This document shows, one piece after another, positions 1 to 7,799 of a stretch of DNA of 9,727 bases; position 1 is the first letter of the stretch, and each line of letters opens with the position of its first letter. A program made the position numbers and the translations under genes. The notes under the pieces are model-generated. The model did no database searches, was not told where the DNA came from, and saw only the letters and a list, made by a program, of their open reading frames with translations. The DNA is from a virus. Taxonomy: Duplodnaviria > Heunggongvirae > Uroviricota > Caudoviricetes. The DNA is taken from the IMG/VR virus record IMGVR_UViG_2681813145_000002; one strand, given 5' to 3'.

Positions 1-62
1 ATGCTGTGCCCCGGTATCCGTCACCCATTTCTCACCATCCCATTTATCATATGGCGTTAACG
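1..62. repeat. Left copy of a direct repeat shared with 8764..8825 (59/60 identical over the first 60 nt, then diverging); truncated by the window edge
   Basis: Direct comparison of the sequence at the two locations; both copies lie in chaperone genes and encode PLTPYDKWDGEKWVTDTGAQH. Confidence 0.85.
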
Positions 63-384
63 GGGCGATAGTGGTTGTATTTTCAGGGTAATCACCCGGA
101 GCTGTGATTTCTTTCGATTCTCCTGTTTCGGTGCTATAGATGATTTCACCGCGATGGTCTGGCACATATTCCCATGAGTTAAAATCTGCAGAACGGCAGA
201 TTGCATAACCAGCTTTATGTGTAACTGGTGCATCTAAACAAGAACATGCCGGGATACCGACGCCAACCGCAAGATATTCAGTTGATGTGGAAATATATTC
301 CCGCGTTTCACCATCATAATTATAAACGGTTATGTCTCCCGCTTTTATGGCAATGAGTTCGTTATTTAATACGGCTTTATTCAT
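1..384 (-). CDS. Tail fibre assembly protein (chaperone), partial; start codon at 384..382, C-terminus beyond the left window edge
   Basis: My own translation of the minus strand from the ATG at 384..382 is open to position 1 (about 128 codons: MNKAVLNNELIAIKAGDITVYNYDGETREY...NSWEYVPDHRGEIIYSTETGE...PLTPYDKWDGEKWVTDTGAQH). The DHRG..Y motif and the PLTPYDKWDGEKW segment are typical of Tfa/gpG-family chaperones. The start overlaps the H stop (TGATG). Positions 1..60 are 59/60 identical to 8764..8823 inside the second chaperone gene. Confidence 0.8.
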   Translation of the reverse strand, partial: MNKAVLNNELIAIKAGDITVYNYDGETREYISTSTEYLAVGVGIPACSCLDAPVTHKAGYAICRSADFNSWEYVPDHRGEIIYSTETGESKEITAPGDYPENTTTIAPLTPYDKWDGEKWVTDTGAQH

Positions 385-1670
385 CAGGCAGCCCTCACGA
401 TATAATTAAAGGCAATGTTACGAGGTCGGTTTTCGTTTGCAGTTGGAACAACTCTGGAAGCATCGAATGTTACTCGCTTTGCATAACCACCTTTAATTGA
501 ATCAGATGAAGCATCTCCGATGACGCTGGTTGTAAAAACGCCAGAATCAGAAGGGTAGGTATTAAACCTGACATCCACTAATGCACCAATTATATTTCGA
601 ATGGCATCTCCCTGTGACGAAAGCAAGCTACGGTTAGTATCTATTCCTCTTCCGTCATCCCAGCCACGAATGAACTCACCACGTAAATCAGGCAATTTAT
701 TTGTCGGGTAAGCCTTTGCCAGTTCCGGGTATTCTTCAGCAGAAAAAGCCGCACCGTTGCATTTCAGCCAGCCTGTTGGCGGAGTGGCGGAAGGCCACGG
801 AACAGGTACACCAACGGGTAACGCTGAGCCTTCTCCCAAACCAAGGTATGCGAGAAGACCAGCCACATCCTTTCCACTCAAATGAGTCAGCGTCTCATCC
901 AGTGGTTGCTTACCTGACAGCGCATTGTTAATGGTGGTGCTGAATTTCGGGTCATTGTTGATAGCTGCTGCAATTTCCTTCAGCGTGTCCAGCGTGGCTG
1001 GCGCACCGTCAATCAGAGCGGTAATAGCAGCCTGTACAAACGCAGTGGTCGCAATCCGCGTGGTGTTATTTCCTGCGGCAGGCGTCGGCGCTTTTGGTTC
1101 TCCGGTAAATGTCGGATTATGTTTCTGCGCATACTGGGTATGAGGATCCTGTGCGGCAATGTGGTTTCTCATCTGTTCATCCACATACAGCCTTAATTCC
1201 AGGACTTCATCATCCACGTATTTACGGGTCGCCAGTACCACCGACGGGTCGATTTTCAGCGTAATAGCTTCGGTATTCGTGACAACCAGAATCATGCGGA
1301 TAGTCTGGGTACGACCGCTGCCTTCCTGCAACTGCGGTTTGTACGTTTCCGGGCAGTTCGCCACCGCAATGAGTACGCCTTCATCATCATAAAGCCCAAT
1401 CTCACGGATCCAGAATCCGCCCTCGTTCTCAGGGATGATTTGCTCCGCAATAATCTGGCTCTGGTTGTTCGGGTCAACACTCAGAAGATTCAGCGGCGCG
1501 ATGCGTTTCTGGTTAATCAGTTTTGTCTGTGCCGGGTCTGGTGTCGGCAAGACACCATTCGCATCACCAACGGCCATTTGCGTCAGATTCAGCTTACTGC
1601 CGAGCATCGTCGCGTTAGCCAGCCGTGCTGCGCCCTGATTAGTCAGAATGGCGTAGTATTTCACTGTCAT
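384..1670 (-). CDS. H: Tail fibre protein (P2 gpH-like), conserved N-terminal and collar region plus variable C-terminal receptor-binding part
   Basis: 428-aa ORF from the six-frame track. The N-terminus (MTVKYYAILTNQGAARLA...MAVGD...GGFWIREIGLYDDEGVLIAVAN) follows the conserved pattern of P2 H / Mu S type fibres. The collar motif DPKFSTTINNALSGKQPLDETLT and the C-terminal ...PRNIAFNYIVRAA ending are typical of this family. It sits after gene I with an ATGA overlap. Confidence 0.9.
   Translation of the reverse strand: MTVKYYAILTNQGAARLANATMLGSKLNLTQMAVGDANGVLPTPDPAQTKLINQKRIAPLNLLSVDPNNQSQIIAEQIIPENEGGFWIREIGLYDDEGVLIAVANCPETYKPQLQEGSGRTQTIRMILVVTNTEAITLKIDPSVVLATRKYVDDEVLELRLYVDEQMRNHIAAQDPHTQYAQKHNPTFTGEPKAPTPAAGNNTTRIATTAFVQAAITALIDGAPATLDTLKEIAAAINNDPKFSTTINNALSGKQPLDETLTHLSGKDVAGLLAYLGLGEGSALPVGVPVPWPSATPPTGWLKCNGAAFSAEEYPELAKAYPTNKLPDLRGEFIRGWDDGRGIDTNRSLLSSQGDAIRNIIGALVDVRFNTYPSDSGVFTTSVIGDASSDSIKGGYAKRVTFDASRVVPTANENRPRNIAFNYIVRAA
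831..856. other. Candidate Gin/Hin-family crossover site (site 1), TTCTCCCAAACC-AA-GGTATGCGAGAA, inside H at the constant/variable boundary
   Basis: 26-bp imperfect palindrome (12-bp half-sites around a central AA; half-sites match 10/12). The half-site pattern TTnTCnnAAACC resembles recalled gix/hix sites. On the coding strand it encodes LAYLGLGE, exactly where the two H-like proteins in the window stop being similar. Confidence 0.55.
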
Positions 1671-2278
1671 GCGTTTACTCTCAGGTTATCAATTAAATGA
1701 ATGGCCGAGGCCGGGAAATAATCCCCTCCGACAATAATGGCCTCCGGGGTGTAGGGATAAACCGTCAGGGCGTCGCCGTGATAGCATCCCGCACCGGCAA
1801 AAATGTTGCCGGTTGTACTTAAACTGATAGCCAGTCCCGTCAGATGGCGGCTTGCAGGTTTTGCATCAGCAACGAGACGCTCCAGCTCCTGATACATTTC
1901 CTCGGTAATACCCTGCTCAAGCACGCCAACAACGATGCGGAACGTCCCCGGCTCCTCGTTGAGCTGCCACCACTCCCTCACCTCAATCAGATAGCCGAGC
2001 GGCTCCACCACACGGCGAATCGCACCAATAGTGCCCTTATGGCAGTGAATGAAATACGCATCGTGGATAACAGCGCGTTTTGTCGCTTCCGGCCACTTAT
2101 CATCCCAGCGGTCAACCGAAAATGACCATGCCAGCCACGGCAGCAGATTTGCCGGACAGGTATCCGGGTTCCACAGCTCACGAATACTGACCGGCGTTCT
2201 TTCAATTTCCGCACAGGCTTTTGCGGCGGCGACCTCAAGCGGTGATGAGCCGGTCGGCAGCAGTCGCGAATCACTCAT
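1667..2278 (-). CDS. I: Baseplate / tail fibre-associated protein (P2 gpI-like)
   Basis: 203-aa ORF, N-terminus MSDSRLLPTGSSPLEVAAAKACAEIE. Positioned between J and H as in P2; 8-nt overlap with the J stop and ATGA overlap with the H start. Confidence 0.88.
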   Translation of the reverse strand: MSDSRLLPTGSSPLEVAAAKACAEIERTPVSIRELWNPDTCPANLLPWLAWSFSVDRWDDKWPEATKRAVIHDAYFIHCHKGTIGAIRRVVEPLGYLIEVREWWQLNEEPGTFRIVVGVLEQGITEEMYQELERLVADAKPASRHLTGLAISLSTTGNIFAGAGCYHGDALTVYPYTPEAIIVGGDYFPASAIHLIDNLRVNA

Positions 2279-3179
2279 CCGAGCCTCCGGTCACGACGCT
2301 GTATTCGGTGCAGAAAGACGCCTGCGTACTGTTGAGCACAATGTCGGCCAGTGGTGCGGCCAGCTCGACACGCTGCACGCCTTCCACATGCAAAGCGGCA
2401 TAAATGGCAGACAGACGGATGTCACGCCCCAGCCGGTGCTGTGCCGTGATGTACGCTTCCAGTTTTTTCACGGCGGCAGCGCGAATGGGTTCGCTTTCGG
2501 GACCTGGGTAAAGGTAAAGCGTGGCGTTTATCTGGTATTCAACGATGGCGGCAGACTGCACGGTCACGCGGTCGGCCACCGGCCTGACGTCCTCGCCATT
2601 AAGGGCGTTACGCACCACAGCCAGCAGGTCTTCGGATGCGACGCCGTTATTTTCACGTGACAGCACAGAGATGGTGACGCAGGCCGGAGACGGACTGGTG
2701 ACAGAAATATCCGCGACACGCCCGTCAGCACTGCGACCATGATACTGATAGGCACCCACCGACCCGGCGACGCTTAAACCTTCAAACGCCTGCTGAATAC
2801 GCAGACGATAATCGGTGTCAGATTCCATCACTGCCGGTGTCGGCGGGAGGGTCGAATCATCTGCCGGGGTGATAGTCAGGCGCGTGGTGTTGTAATTGGC
2901 ACCAATCACATCAAGGTCATTACCGGCGGCACAGGCCAGCATCACCGCCCGTGCGGCCTCATTCACACGCTGACGCCAGATAAGCTCACGATAAGCATTT
3001 TCCTCCAGAAGTTTGACGAGAGGCTCAGATTCCAGCGTCAGGGTACGGGCGACCGCCTCCTGCTGGTCTTCCGGGTAAAGGGAAATCAGTGTCGCCTTGC
3101 GTTCGGCGAGAATGGTTTCAAAGTCCAGCTCCTCGACCACATCCGGTGCGGGTAGCTGGTTCAGGTCGATAATCGGCAT
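2271..3179 (-). CDS. J: Baseplate assembly (wedge) protein (P2 gpJ-like)
   Basis: 302-aa ORF in the conserved W-J-I position; size and sequence consistent with the gpJ / T4 gp6-like baseplate family (recognised by recall). Confidence 0.9.
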   Translation of the reverse strand: MPIIDLNQLPAPDVVEELDFETILAERKATLISLYPEDQQEAVARTLTLESEPLVKLLEENAYRELIWRQRVNEAARAVMLACAAGNDLDVIGANYNTTRLTITPADDSTLPPTPAVMESDTDYRLRIQQAFEGLSVAGSVGAYQYHGRSADGRVADISVTSPSPACVTISVLSRENNGVASEDLLAVVRNALNGEDVRPVADRVTVQSAAIVEYQINATLYLYPGPESEPIRAAAVKKLEAYITAQHRLGRDIRLSAIYAALHVEGVQRVELAAPLADIVLNSTQASFCTEYSVVTGGSDE

Positions 3180-3183
3180 GGTT

Positions 3184-3531
3184 TCAACTCACAGGAATGG
3201 TTAACGAAAGTGGCTGGCCGGTGTCGTTGTGCTGACCGGTTAACGTGACCGTCATTCGCCCGTCAAAACTGCGCTCAGTGGTGACGGATGACAGGGTGAC
3301 GCGGGGTTCCCATTTCAGCACTGCCATGTAACAGGCGACCTTAATCTGCAACTCAAGCGCCGGAGTCTGCGGCTGGTCAATCATTGACGCCAGCAACGAG
3401 CCGTAATCACGACGCATCACCCGTGAGCCGACAGGTGTGCGCAGGATATCGCCGATACTCTGGCTGATATGCTCAAGGTCAGTGACAGTCAGGCCATCAC
3501 TGCGATTCATTCCGAGATAACGCGCTGTCAT
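3184..3531 (-). CDS. W: Baseplate protein (P2 gpW-like, gp25-like)
   Basis: 115-aa ORF; ATGA overlap with the V stop; conserved V-W-J order. Confidence 0.9.
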   Translation of the reverse strand: MTARYLGMNRSDGLTVTDLEHISQSIGDILRTPVGSRVMRRDYGSLLASMIDQPQTPALELQIKVACYMAVLKWEPRVTLSSVTTERSFDGRMTVTLTGQHNDTGQPLSLTIPVS

Positions 3532-4163
3532 AGAGGACTCCCGGTTGTGCCGCCGCTGTCGCCTGGGTGTTTGTGGGTATGCAGTACCTTCCCGTTTGAT
3601 GAGAGTTCACCGCCGGTGTGTTCAATGTTGCCGCGCATCGTCCCGCCCTTCTGCACTTCCAGCGTGCCGGTAATCAGCTTGTTAGTGCAGACCACCTCCG
3701 GTGTGTCCAGGGTGACGCGGGTTGATGCTTTCACCACGACCACCGGCACCATGGCAGTAACAGAATCAGAAGCCGTCACGCTGGCCGTTTTAATTCCGCT
3801 TACCGTGAGTGCACTGGTTTCGGGTTCATACTCAATCACCGCCCCGTCAGGGAAACGGATATGCATGGCATCCGCCGACGCAGACGGCGCGGGGTTATCG
3901 CCGGAATAAATCCCCGGCAGAACGAACGCCGTGTCGAGTTCACCGCCCACGGCCAGAATCAGCACCTGTTCCCCCACGGAAGGTGCCCACCATGTGCGCG
4001 AACGCCCGGCACGATGGGTCAGCCACTGCAGCCAGTCGGTGCACATGCTGCCGGTCTGCACACGGCAGCGACCGGCGTTAAGGTCGGTTTCGACGACAAG
4101 GCCGGTACGAATCATGTTGCGCAGTGCGCGCGCGAGTTCCTGAATATTTGCAAGAGTGTTCAT
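3528..4163 (-). CDS. V: Baseplate spike / hub protein (P2 gpV-like)
   Basis: 211-aa ORF beginning MNTLANIQELARALRNMIRTGL, which matches my recollection of P2 gpV in sequence and length. Confidence 0.9.
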   Translation of the reverse strand: MNTLANIQELARALRNMIRTGLVVETDLNAGRCRVQTGSMCTDWLQWLTHRAGRSRTWWAPSVGEQVLILAVGGELDTAFVLPGIYSGDNPAPSASADAMHIRFPDGAVIEYEPETSALTVSGIKTASVTASDSVTAMVPVVVVKASTRVTLDTPEVVCTNKLITGTLEVQKGGTMRGNIEHTGGELSSNGKVLHTHKHPGDSGGTTGSPL

Positions 4164-4175
4164 AACGGGAAGGAT

Positions 4176-4197
4176 GCCGCCGGGTCATACCGGCGGC
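4176..4197. repeat. GC-rich inverted repeat (8-bp stem GCCGCCGG/CCGGCGGC, 6-nt loop) in the 66-bp S-V intergenic gap
   Basis: Seen directly: gccgccgg-gtcata-ccggcggc. It lies 13-34 nt upstream of the V start codon on the coding strand and is not followed by a U-run. Confidence 0.5.
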
Positions 4198-4229
4198 AAT
4201 GTGACGATGAGGTGTCGGAAATGGCACAA

Positions 4230-4682
4230 CTAACGGTCGAGATGAGCCAGGATAATCTCTTCAATCATCTGCACATCCTCACCGGTAAAGCCGAGCAGAG
4301 GACGCGCCGGATAATCAATTTTCTTACCGTCTTTCCGGGTTTCTTCCGACAGACCGAACTGATGCACACTGGCGATTTTCGGTGACTTCCCGCCGTAAAA
4401 CTCCATTGATGACTGTTCCGGGCTGGCGCGGATATGCAAAAAACGACTGGTGATAAGTTTCGCAAACATTTTTCGCTTAACACGACCGGTCTTTTTTCTG
4501 GAGCTCTGCTGCTGGCGTGGCGCATAGGGTGTGCCATCCGGGGCTTTCTGTGCCATCACCCGACGCTGCTGACTCTGCCGCAGGCGTTTCGCCAGTTCGG
4601 CACTCAGTCGCCGACGCCCTGACGGTGACAGCGATTCAATAAGTCCGGTCAGCCGGTCTTCAAAACGCTTAAACTCATTCAT
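4230..4682 (-). CDS. S: Tail completion / virion morphogenesis protein (P2 gpS-like)
   Basis: 150-aa ORF; size and position (after R, before V) as in P2; 8-nt overlap with R. Confidence 0.88.
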   Translation of the reverse strand: MNEFKRFEDRLTGLIESLSPSGRRRLSAELAKRLRQSQQRRVMAQKAPDGTPYAPRQQQSSRKKTGRVKRKMFAKLITSRFLHIRASPEQSSMEFYGGKSPKIASVHQFGLSEETRKDGKKIDYPARPLLGFTGEDVQMIEEIILAHLDR

Positions 4683-5142
4683 CCCACTTGCTCACCAGTT
4701 CGCCATTGATATACAGCTCCATCGGGCGGGTGACCGGCTCCGGCGGCGGGGGTTCCGGGATATTCTTCACATGCAGTGCGCCATCCACCTCACTGACCAG
4801 CGTGCGCTCGGTCAGCATCAGGCTGATGCTGATATCAAAGCTGCTGTCATTGTTGATGTCCGCATAAAACGTGAAGCCCTTTTTCTGGCCTGCGTCGGTG
4901 GTCATGATGTCGGGCTGATTTTCCCGCAGCCACGCCAGCACCGGCACGATGAGCAGGTCAAAATCACCGGTAAAGTCGGTCACAATGACATTGAGCGTGT
5001 AACGCTTTTCGAATGACAGCGACGTCGCCAGCGTGGAGGCAATACTCCCGTTATCCACGAATATCCGAAGCATCTCGGGGCTTGTTTTCAGCACCGTGAC
5101 GGCATCAGTCAGCGCCCTGCGCAGGCTGTCGGGTTTGAGCAT
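4675..5142 (-). CDS. R: Tail completion protein (P2 gpR-like)
   Basis: 155-aa ORF; size and position between the lysis genes and S match P2 R. Confidence 0.88.
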   Translation of the reverse strand: MLKPDSLRRALTDAVTVLKTSPEMLRIFVDNGSIASTLATSLSFEKRYTLNVIVTDFTGDFDLLIVPVLAWLRENQPDIMTTDAGQKKGFTFYADINNDSSFDISISLMLTERTLVSEVDGALHVKNIPEPPPPEPVTRPMELYINGELVSKWDE

Positions 5143-5395
5143 CGTTTTCGTCCTGACAGTGTTTAATCATTTTTATCTGGCTGGCACAGCGTGCCAGCGC
5201 GTTCTCAAGCTGCCGGATATCGGCACTTAAATCACCGTTCGTCTCCGGGTCACTGCCCGGCATCGGGCAAAGACTCACTTTCGGGCAGGCGTTGGCGACA
5301 ATCACTGGCGTCGGTGCAGACCGGGCGCTGGTGCAACCGGCGCACAGCATCAGGCAGGCCAGCGCCGTACCAGCGGCGAAAATCTTCGTTTTCAT
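5105..5395 (-). CDS. lysC: Outer-membrane spanin component (Rz1-like lipoprotein, P2 LysC-like); overlapped arrangement
   Basis: The six-frame ORF 5105..5512 is trimmed to the internal ATG at 5395..5393, which has a GAGG Shine-Dalgarno 8 nt upstream. The 96-aa product begins MKTKIFAAGTALACLMLCAGC (signal-peptide-like with Cys at 18 and 21; the lipobox is non-canonical) and is Pro-rich. It starts inside lysB in another frame, runs past the lysB stop and overlaps the R start. Confidence 0.7.
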   Translation of the reverse strand: MKTKIFAAGTALACLMLCAGCTSARSAPTPVIVANACPKVSLCPMPGSDPETNGDLSADIRQLENALARCASQIKMIKHCQDENDAQTRQPAQGAD

Positions 5396-5675
5396 TGAGT
5401 AACCTCGTGATGGTTTTCTCGCGCTGTGCTTCACGCTTCGCGGCGTTCTCCAGTTCCTGACGCAGTGCCACCTGCGCCAGCTCGTTTTTGTCTGCTCTGG
5501 TGAGGGCAACATGAAGCTGATTTTTCAGCATGGTGATGGTCGTCTGCTGCCCGCTGGCGACGTTGTTCACCCTGTCCAGCGAGGCGCGCAGGCTGGCGTT
5601 TTCATGCTTCGCCAGAAACAGCCCCGCCACCGCCAGCGATAACAACACGACCAGCACAATCATCAGCTTTGACAT
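5250..5675 (-). CDS. lysB: Inner-membrane spanin component (Rz-like, P2 LysB-like)
   Basis: 141-aa ORF with an N-terminal hydrophobic segment (MSKLMIVLVVLLSLAVAGLFLA) followed by a charged, coiled-coil-like region; lies downstream of lysA and contains the lysC start. Confidence 0.85.
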   Translation of the reverse strand: MSKLMIVLVVLLSLAVAGLFLAKHENASLRASLDRVNNVASGQQTTITMLKNQLHVALTRADKNELAQVALRQELENAAKREAQREKTITRLLNENEDFRRWYGAGLPDAVRRLHQRPVCTDASDCRQRLPESESLPDAGQ

Positions 5676-6088
5676 AATTCCCGCCCCTCAAGACGCTGAC
5701 GACAGGCTTTACGTATCAGCCGGAAAAACAGCGACGCCACAAGATAAATCAGCGCGGTAAAAATCCACCCGGCAGCGACCAGCGAGATAAACGTCACCAC
5801 CATCACCACCAGAGCTGCCGCCCGTCTGCGCCACGGCACCGGCTGTAAAAACAGCGACGTGACAATCTTCACGGCCAGCGATTCCGGCGGAAGCTCCCGC
5901 CCGTAGCGCTCAAGTACATACTCAGTGGCATACACGCCGACACCACCGGCAACCACACAGATAGCCGTCGCCAGAATCGCCCAGGCAGCGACAAAATTGA
6001 CGCCCCCGCTCTGCGGGTAAATCAGGGACAGTGCCAGCATCAGCGCCAGCGACACGTTCAGCATCAGTGAAAGGGATAATTTCTTCAT
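5663..6088 (-). CDS. lysA: Lysis-timing membrane protein (P2 LysA-like)
   Basis: 141-aa ORF with several hydrophobic helices; position between the endolysin K and lysB as in P2; GGAG Shine-Dalgarno upstream. Confidence 0.82.
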   Translation of the reverse strand: MKKLSLSLMLNVSLALMLALSLIYPQSGGVNFVAAWAILATAICVVAGGVGVYATEYVLERYGRELPPESLAVKIVTSLFLQPVPWRRRAAALVVMVVTFISLVAAGWIFTALIYLVASLFFRLIRKACRQRLEGRELCQS

Positions 6089-6102
6089 GGTGTTTACTCC
6101 GT

Positions 6103-6600
6103 TTAAGCCAGTACGCCGCCAGCGGTACGCCAGACGGTGACCAGTTTTTCCAGTGAATGCTCACGCTGACCGTAACCGGCACCCGGCAGGGACGCCCAGA
6201 TATTGCGACAGCGTGAAATGGCGCGCTCAATGCGTCCCGCCCGGATGTCATCCAGTGCACCGCGTTCGCGGATCAACTGAATGGCGAGTCTGTCCTGTGA
6301 CAACGGACTGAAATCCGGCAGGGCAAGCTGTTTGCGGTAATGCGGCCAGAACAGGTAAAGCTGCTGATAGCGACCGGAGGCCGTGGACTTTTCACCGCGA
6401 CGGTTAAACACCTTCGCCGGTCGGCCATGCGCGAACGGGTGGTCACTGTAGTCGGTGAAAATTTCCGGCTTCCCGTCCAGTCCGGTGACTATCACGTCAT
6501 AGCCCCGGTTTTTCGTCAGCGGATGGTTTGCCGTCCCTTCGGACACGGCCAGCATGTCGAGAAAGGCCGCGATATTCTGATGCGTGTTAATTACCGGCAT
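6103..6600 (-). CDS. K: Endolysin, phage lysozyme (P2 gpK-like)
   Basis: 165-aa ORF beginning MPVINTHQNIAAFLDMLAVSEGT, which matches my recollection of P2 K; start overlaps the holin stop by 1 nt (TAATG). Confidence 0.9.
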   Translation of the reverse strand: MPVINTHQNIAAFLDMLAVSEGTANHPLTKNRGYDVIVTGLDGKPEIFTDYSDHPFAHGRPAKVFNRRGEKSTASGRYQQLYLFWPHYRKQLALPDFSPLSQDRLAIQLIRERGALDDIRAGRIERAISRCRNIWASLPGAGYGQREHSLEKLVTVWRTAGGVLA

Positions 6601-6881
6601 TACGGTTTCCCCCTGCCCTTAAAGCGGCGCTGAATGGCAATCTCAATCACCTGATAACCGGCGATACCCAGCATGGAGCCGATGCCGCACACCGCAGGCA
6701 GTGACAGGTCAGGAAACTGCACCAGAACAACACCGGCAACCATCGAGACAAAACCACCGAGCAACATGCGCCCGATAAACAGACGCGGGGTGATGGGTTC
6801 ACCACCGGCAAGCACCTTGCCGACAACAATCAGAACCCCAATCATGAAAAGCGACAGGACGCTTTTTTCTTCTGCTGTCAT
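6600..6881 (-). CDS. Y: Holin (P2 gpY-like)
   Basis: 93-aa ORF with multiple transmembrane-like hydrophobic segments and a charged C-terminus (RRFKGRGKP); GGGAG Shine-Dalgarno upstream; immediately precedes the endolysin. Confidence 0.88.
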   Translation of the reverse strand: MTAEEKSVLSLFMIGVLIVVGKVLAGGEPITPRLFIGRMLLGGFVSMVAGVVLVQFPDLSLPAVCGIGSMLGIAGYQVIEIAIQRRFKGRGKP

Positions 6882-6884
6882 GCG

Positions 6885-7088
6885 TTACTCCCACAGATTG
6901 ACAGTTTCAGCCACGGGCGCGGTCTGAACGTCGGGCAGTTCGACGGCGGTGCCGTGCGGCAGCACCGCGCCCAGTTCAGCCAGTCCCGGATTTGCGGCGA
7001 GCACGGTCTCAACCACGCCCTCAGTGCGCCCGTAATACCGGACACAAATGGCGTCGAGCGTGTCGCCCTGTAGCGCAAAGGTCTTCAT
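6885..7088 (-). CDS. X: Tail protein X (small LysM-like protein, P2 gpX-like)
   Basis: The six-frame ORF 6885..7157 is trimmed to the ATG at 7088..7086 (MKTFALQGDTLDAICVRYYGRTEGVVETVLAANPGL...), giving 67 aa; the start overlaps the L stop by 1 nt. Confidence 0.85.
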   Translation of the reverse strand: MKTFALQGDTLDAICVRYYGRTEGVVETVLAANPGLAELGAVLPHGTAVELPDVQTAPVAETVNLWE

Positions 7089-7597
7089 CAGATTTGACTC
7101 ACGATGCAGCGCGGCTTGTCCTGGATACGCGCCACCGCCCAGCGCATATCCCGCCACAGTTCATCGATGGTGCTGTCAATGCTGTCAGCCTTCTTGTCGC
7201 CTTTCGCACTGGCATCCACGCCGCGGTAACGCTCATAAAGCGACGCGGTCGCCATCGCACACACGGCGCGCTCGTAGTAAAAAACCTTGATGCTTTCACC
7301 GTCGATGTCGTCCGCCGGGACGTCCGCCAGACGCGTAAAACCGGCGGCAATTTTCTGTTCGCGGTACTCGTACAGCTCCGCATTCGTCTCCGCCATGCCT
7401 GACTTGATGGCCTCACGCAGACGGGCGGGGGCGACGGTCTGCTCAAGGCGCATACGTTCCCGGACGCGCTTCGGGTCGATATCGGGAAAAAAGAACGTGT
7501 TTTTAATCACCGGCTCGTCGCCTGCCGGTTGCGGGATGACCACCGTACCCTCACCGGACACGGGAGCCTCCTTTCGCGGAATAATCAGCGTCATCAT
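7088..7597 (-). CDS. L: Head completion / stabilisation protein (P2 gpL-like)
   Basis: The six-frame ORF 7088..7657 is trimmed to the ATG at 7597..7595 (MMTLIIPRKEAPVSGEG...), giving 169 aa with a GAGG Shine-Dalgarno 9 nt upstream; sequence and length fit P2 L as I recall it. Confidence 0.87.
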   Translation of the reverse strand: MMTLIIPRKEAPVSGEGTVVIPQPAGDEPVIKNTFFFPDIDPKRVRERMRLEQTVAPARLREAIKSGMAETNAELYEYREQKIAAGFTRLADVPADDIDGESIKVFYYERAVCAMATASLYERYRGVDASAKGDKKADSIDSTIDELWRDMRWAVARIQDKPRCIVSQI

Positions 7598-7696
7598 GAC
7601 TACCTCTGAAAAGTCGGGCGGTGGACGCCGGTGCAGTGTCAGGTGATTCACCCTCACTGACCGGCGTGCCGCCCTGGCGCGGGGCGCATTCGGTTG

Positions 7697-7792
7697 TTAA
7701 CTGGCTTTCTTTTTCGGGCGTCCACGTTTTGCCGGTGTCACGCTCCGGGTCTTACGCGGGGTACGGGTGGCCGCTTTTGGCTGCGGCTCCAT
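7697..7792 (-). CDS. Hypothetical short basic ORF (31 aa, [31 protein letters not shown]) with an AT-hook-like RGRP core; possibly a C-terminal remnant of a truncated gene
   Basis: My own translation; it is below the 60-aa cut-off of the ORF track. It starts immediately outside crossover site 3 and ends 100 nt before L. No convincing Shine-Dalgarno was checked, so coding status is uncertain. Confidence 0.2.
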   Translation of the reverse strand: MEPQPKAATRTPRKTRSVTPAKRGRPKKKAS

Positions 7793-7799
7793 CTCTGCA

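Noticed and set aside
2049-2660. Plus-strand ORFs of 60-203 aa overlapping the minus-strand late genes (for example 2049..2660, 3469..3909, 3861..4385, 6992..7402, 7287..7646)
   Set aside because: They are entirely antisense to well-supported, tightly packed P2-like genes, have low-complexity Arg/Ser/Pro-rich translations, and show no recognisable family features. Long antisense ORFs are expected in GC-rich coding DNA.
4164-4229. An Ogr/Delta-type late promoter activator site (TGT-N12-ACA) upstream of V
   Set aside because: Only a TGT-N10-ACA (4213..4228) was found, with wrong spacing and position relative to the V start. It cannot be supported without comparison to the P2 sequence.
5396-5512. 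The N-terminal extension of the 135-aa frame at 5105..5512
   Set aside because: The extension (MLPSPEQTKTSWRRW...) precedes the signal-peptide-like sequence and has no Shine-Dalgarno. The internal ATG at 5395 with GAGG upstream gives the expected lipoprotein-type spanin.
7598-7657. The upstream extensions of the six-frame ORFs for L (to 7657) and X (to 7157)
   Set aside because: Internal ATGs at 7597 and 7088 have good Shine-Dalgarno sequences, give the lengths I recall for P2 L (169 aa) and X (67 aa), and produce the start/stop overlaps characteristic of the cluster.
7697-7792. The short basic ORF as the missing DNA invertase
   Set aside because: It has 31 codons and no serine-recombinase N-terminal motif; invertases of this family are about 190 aa.
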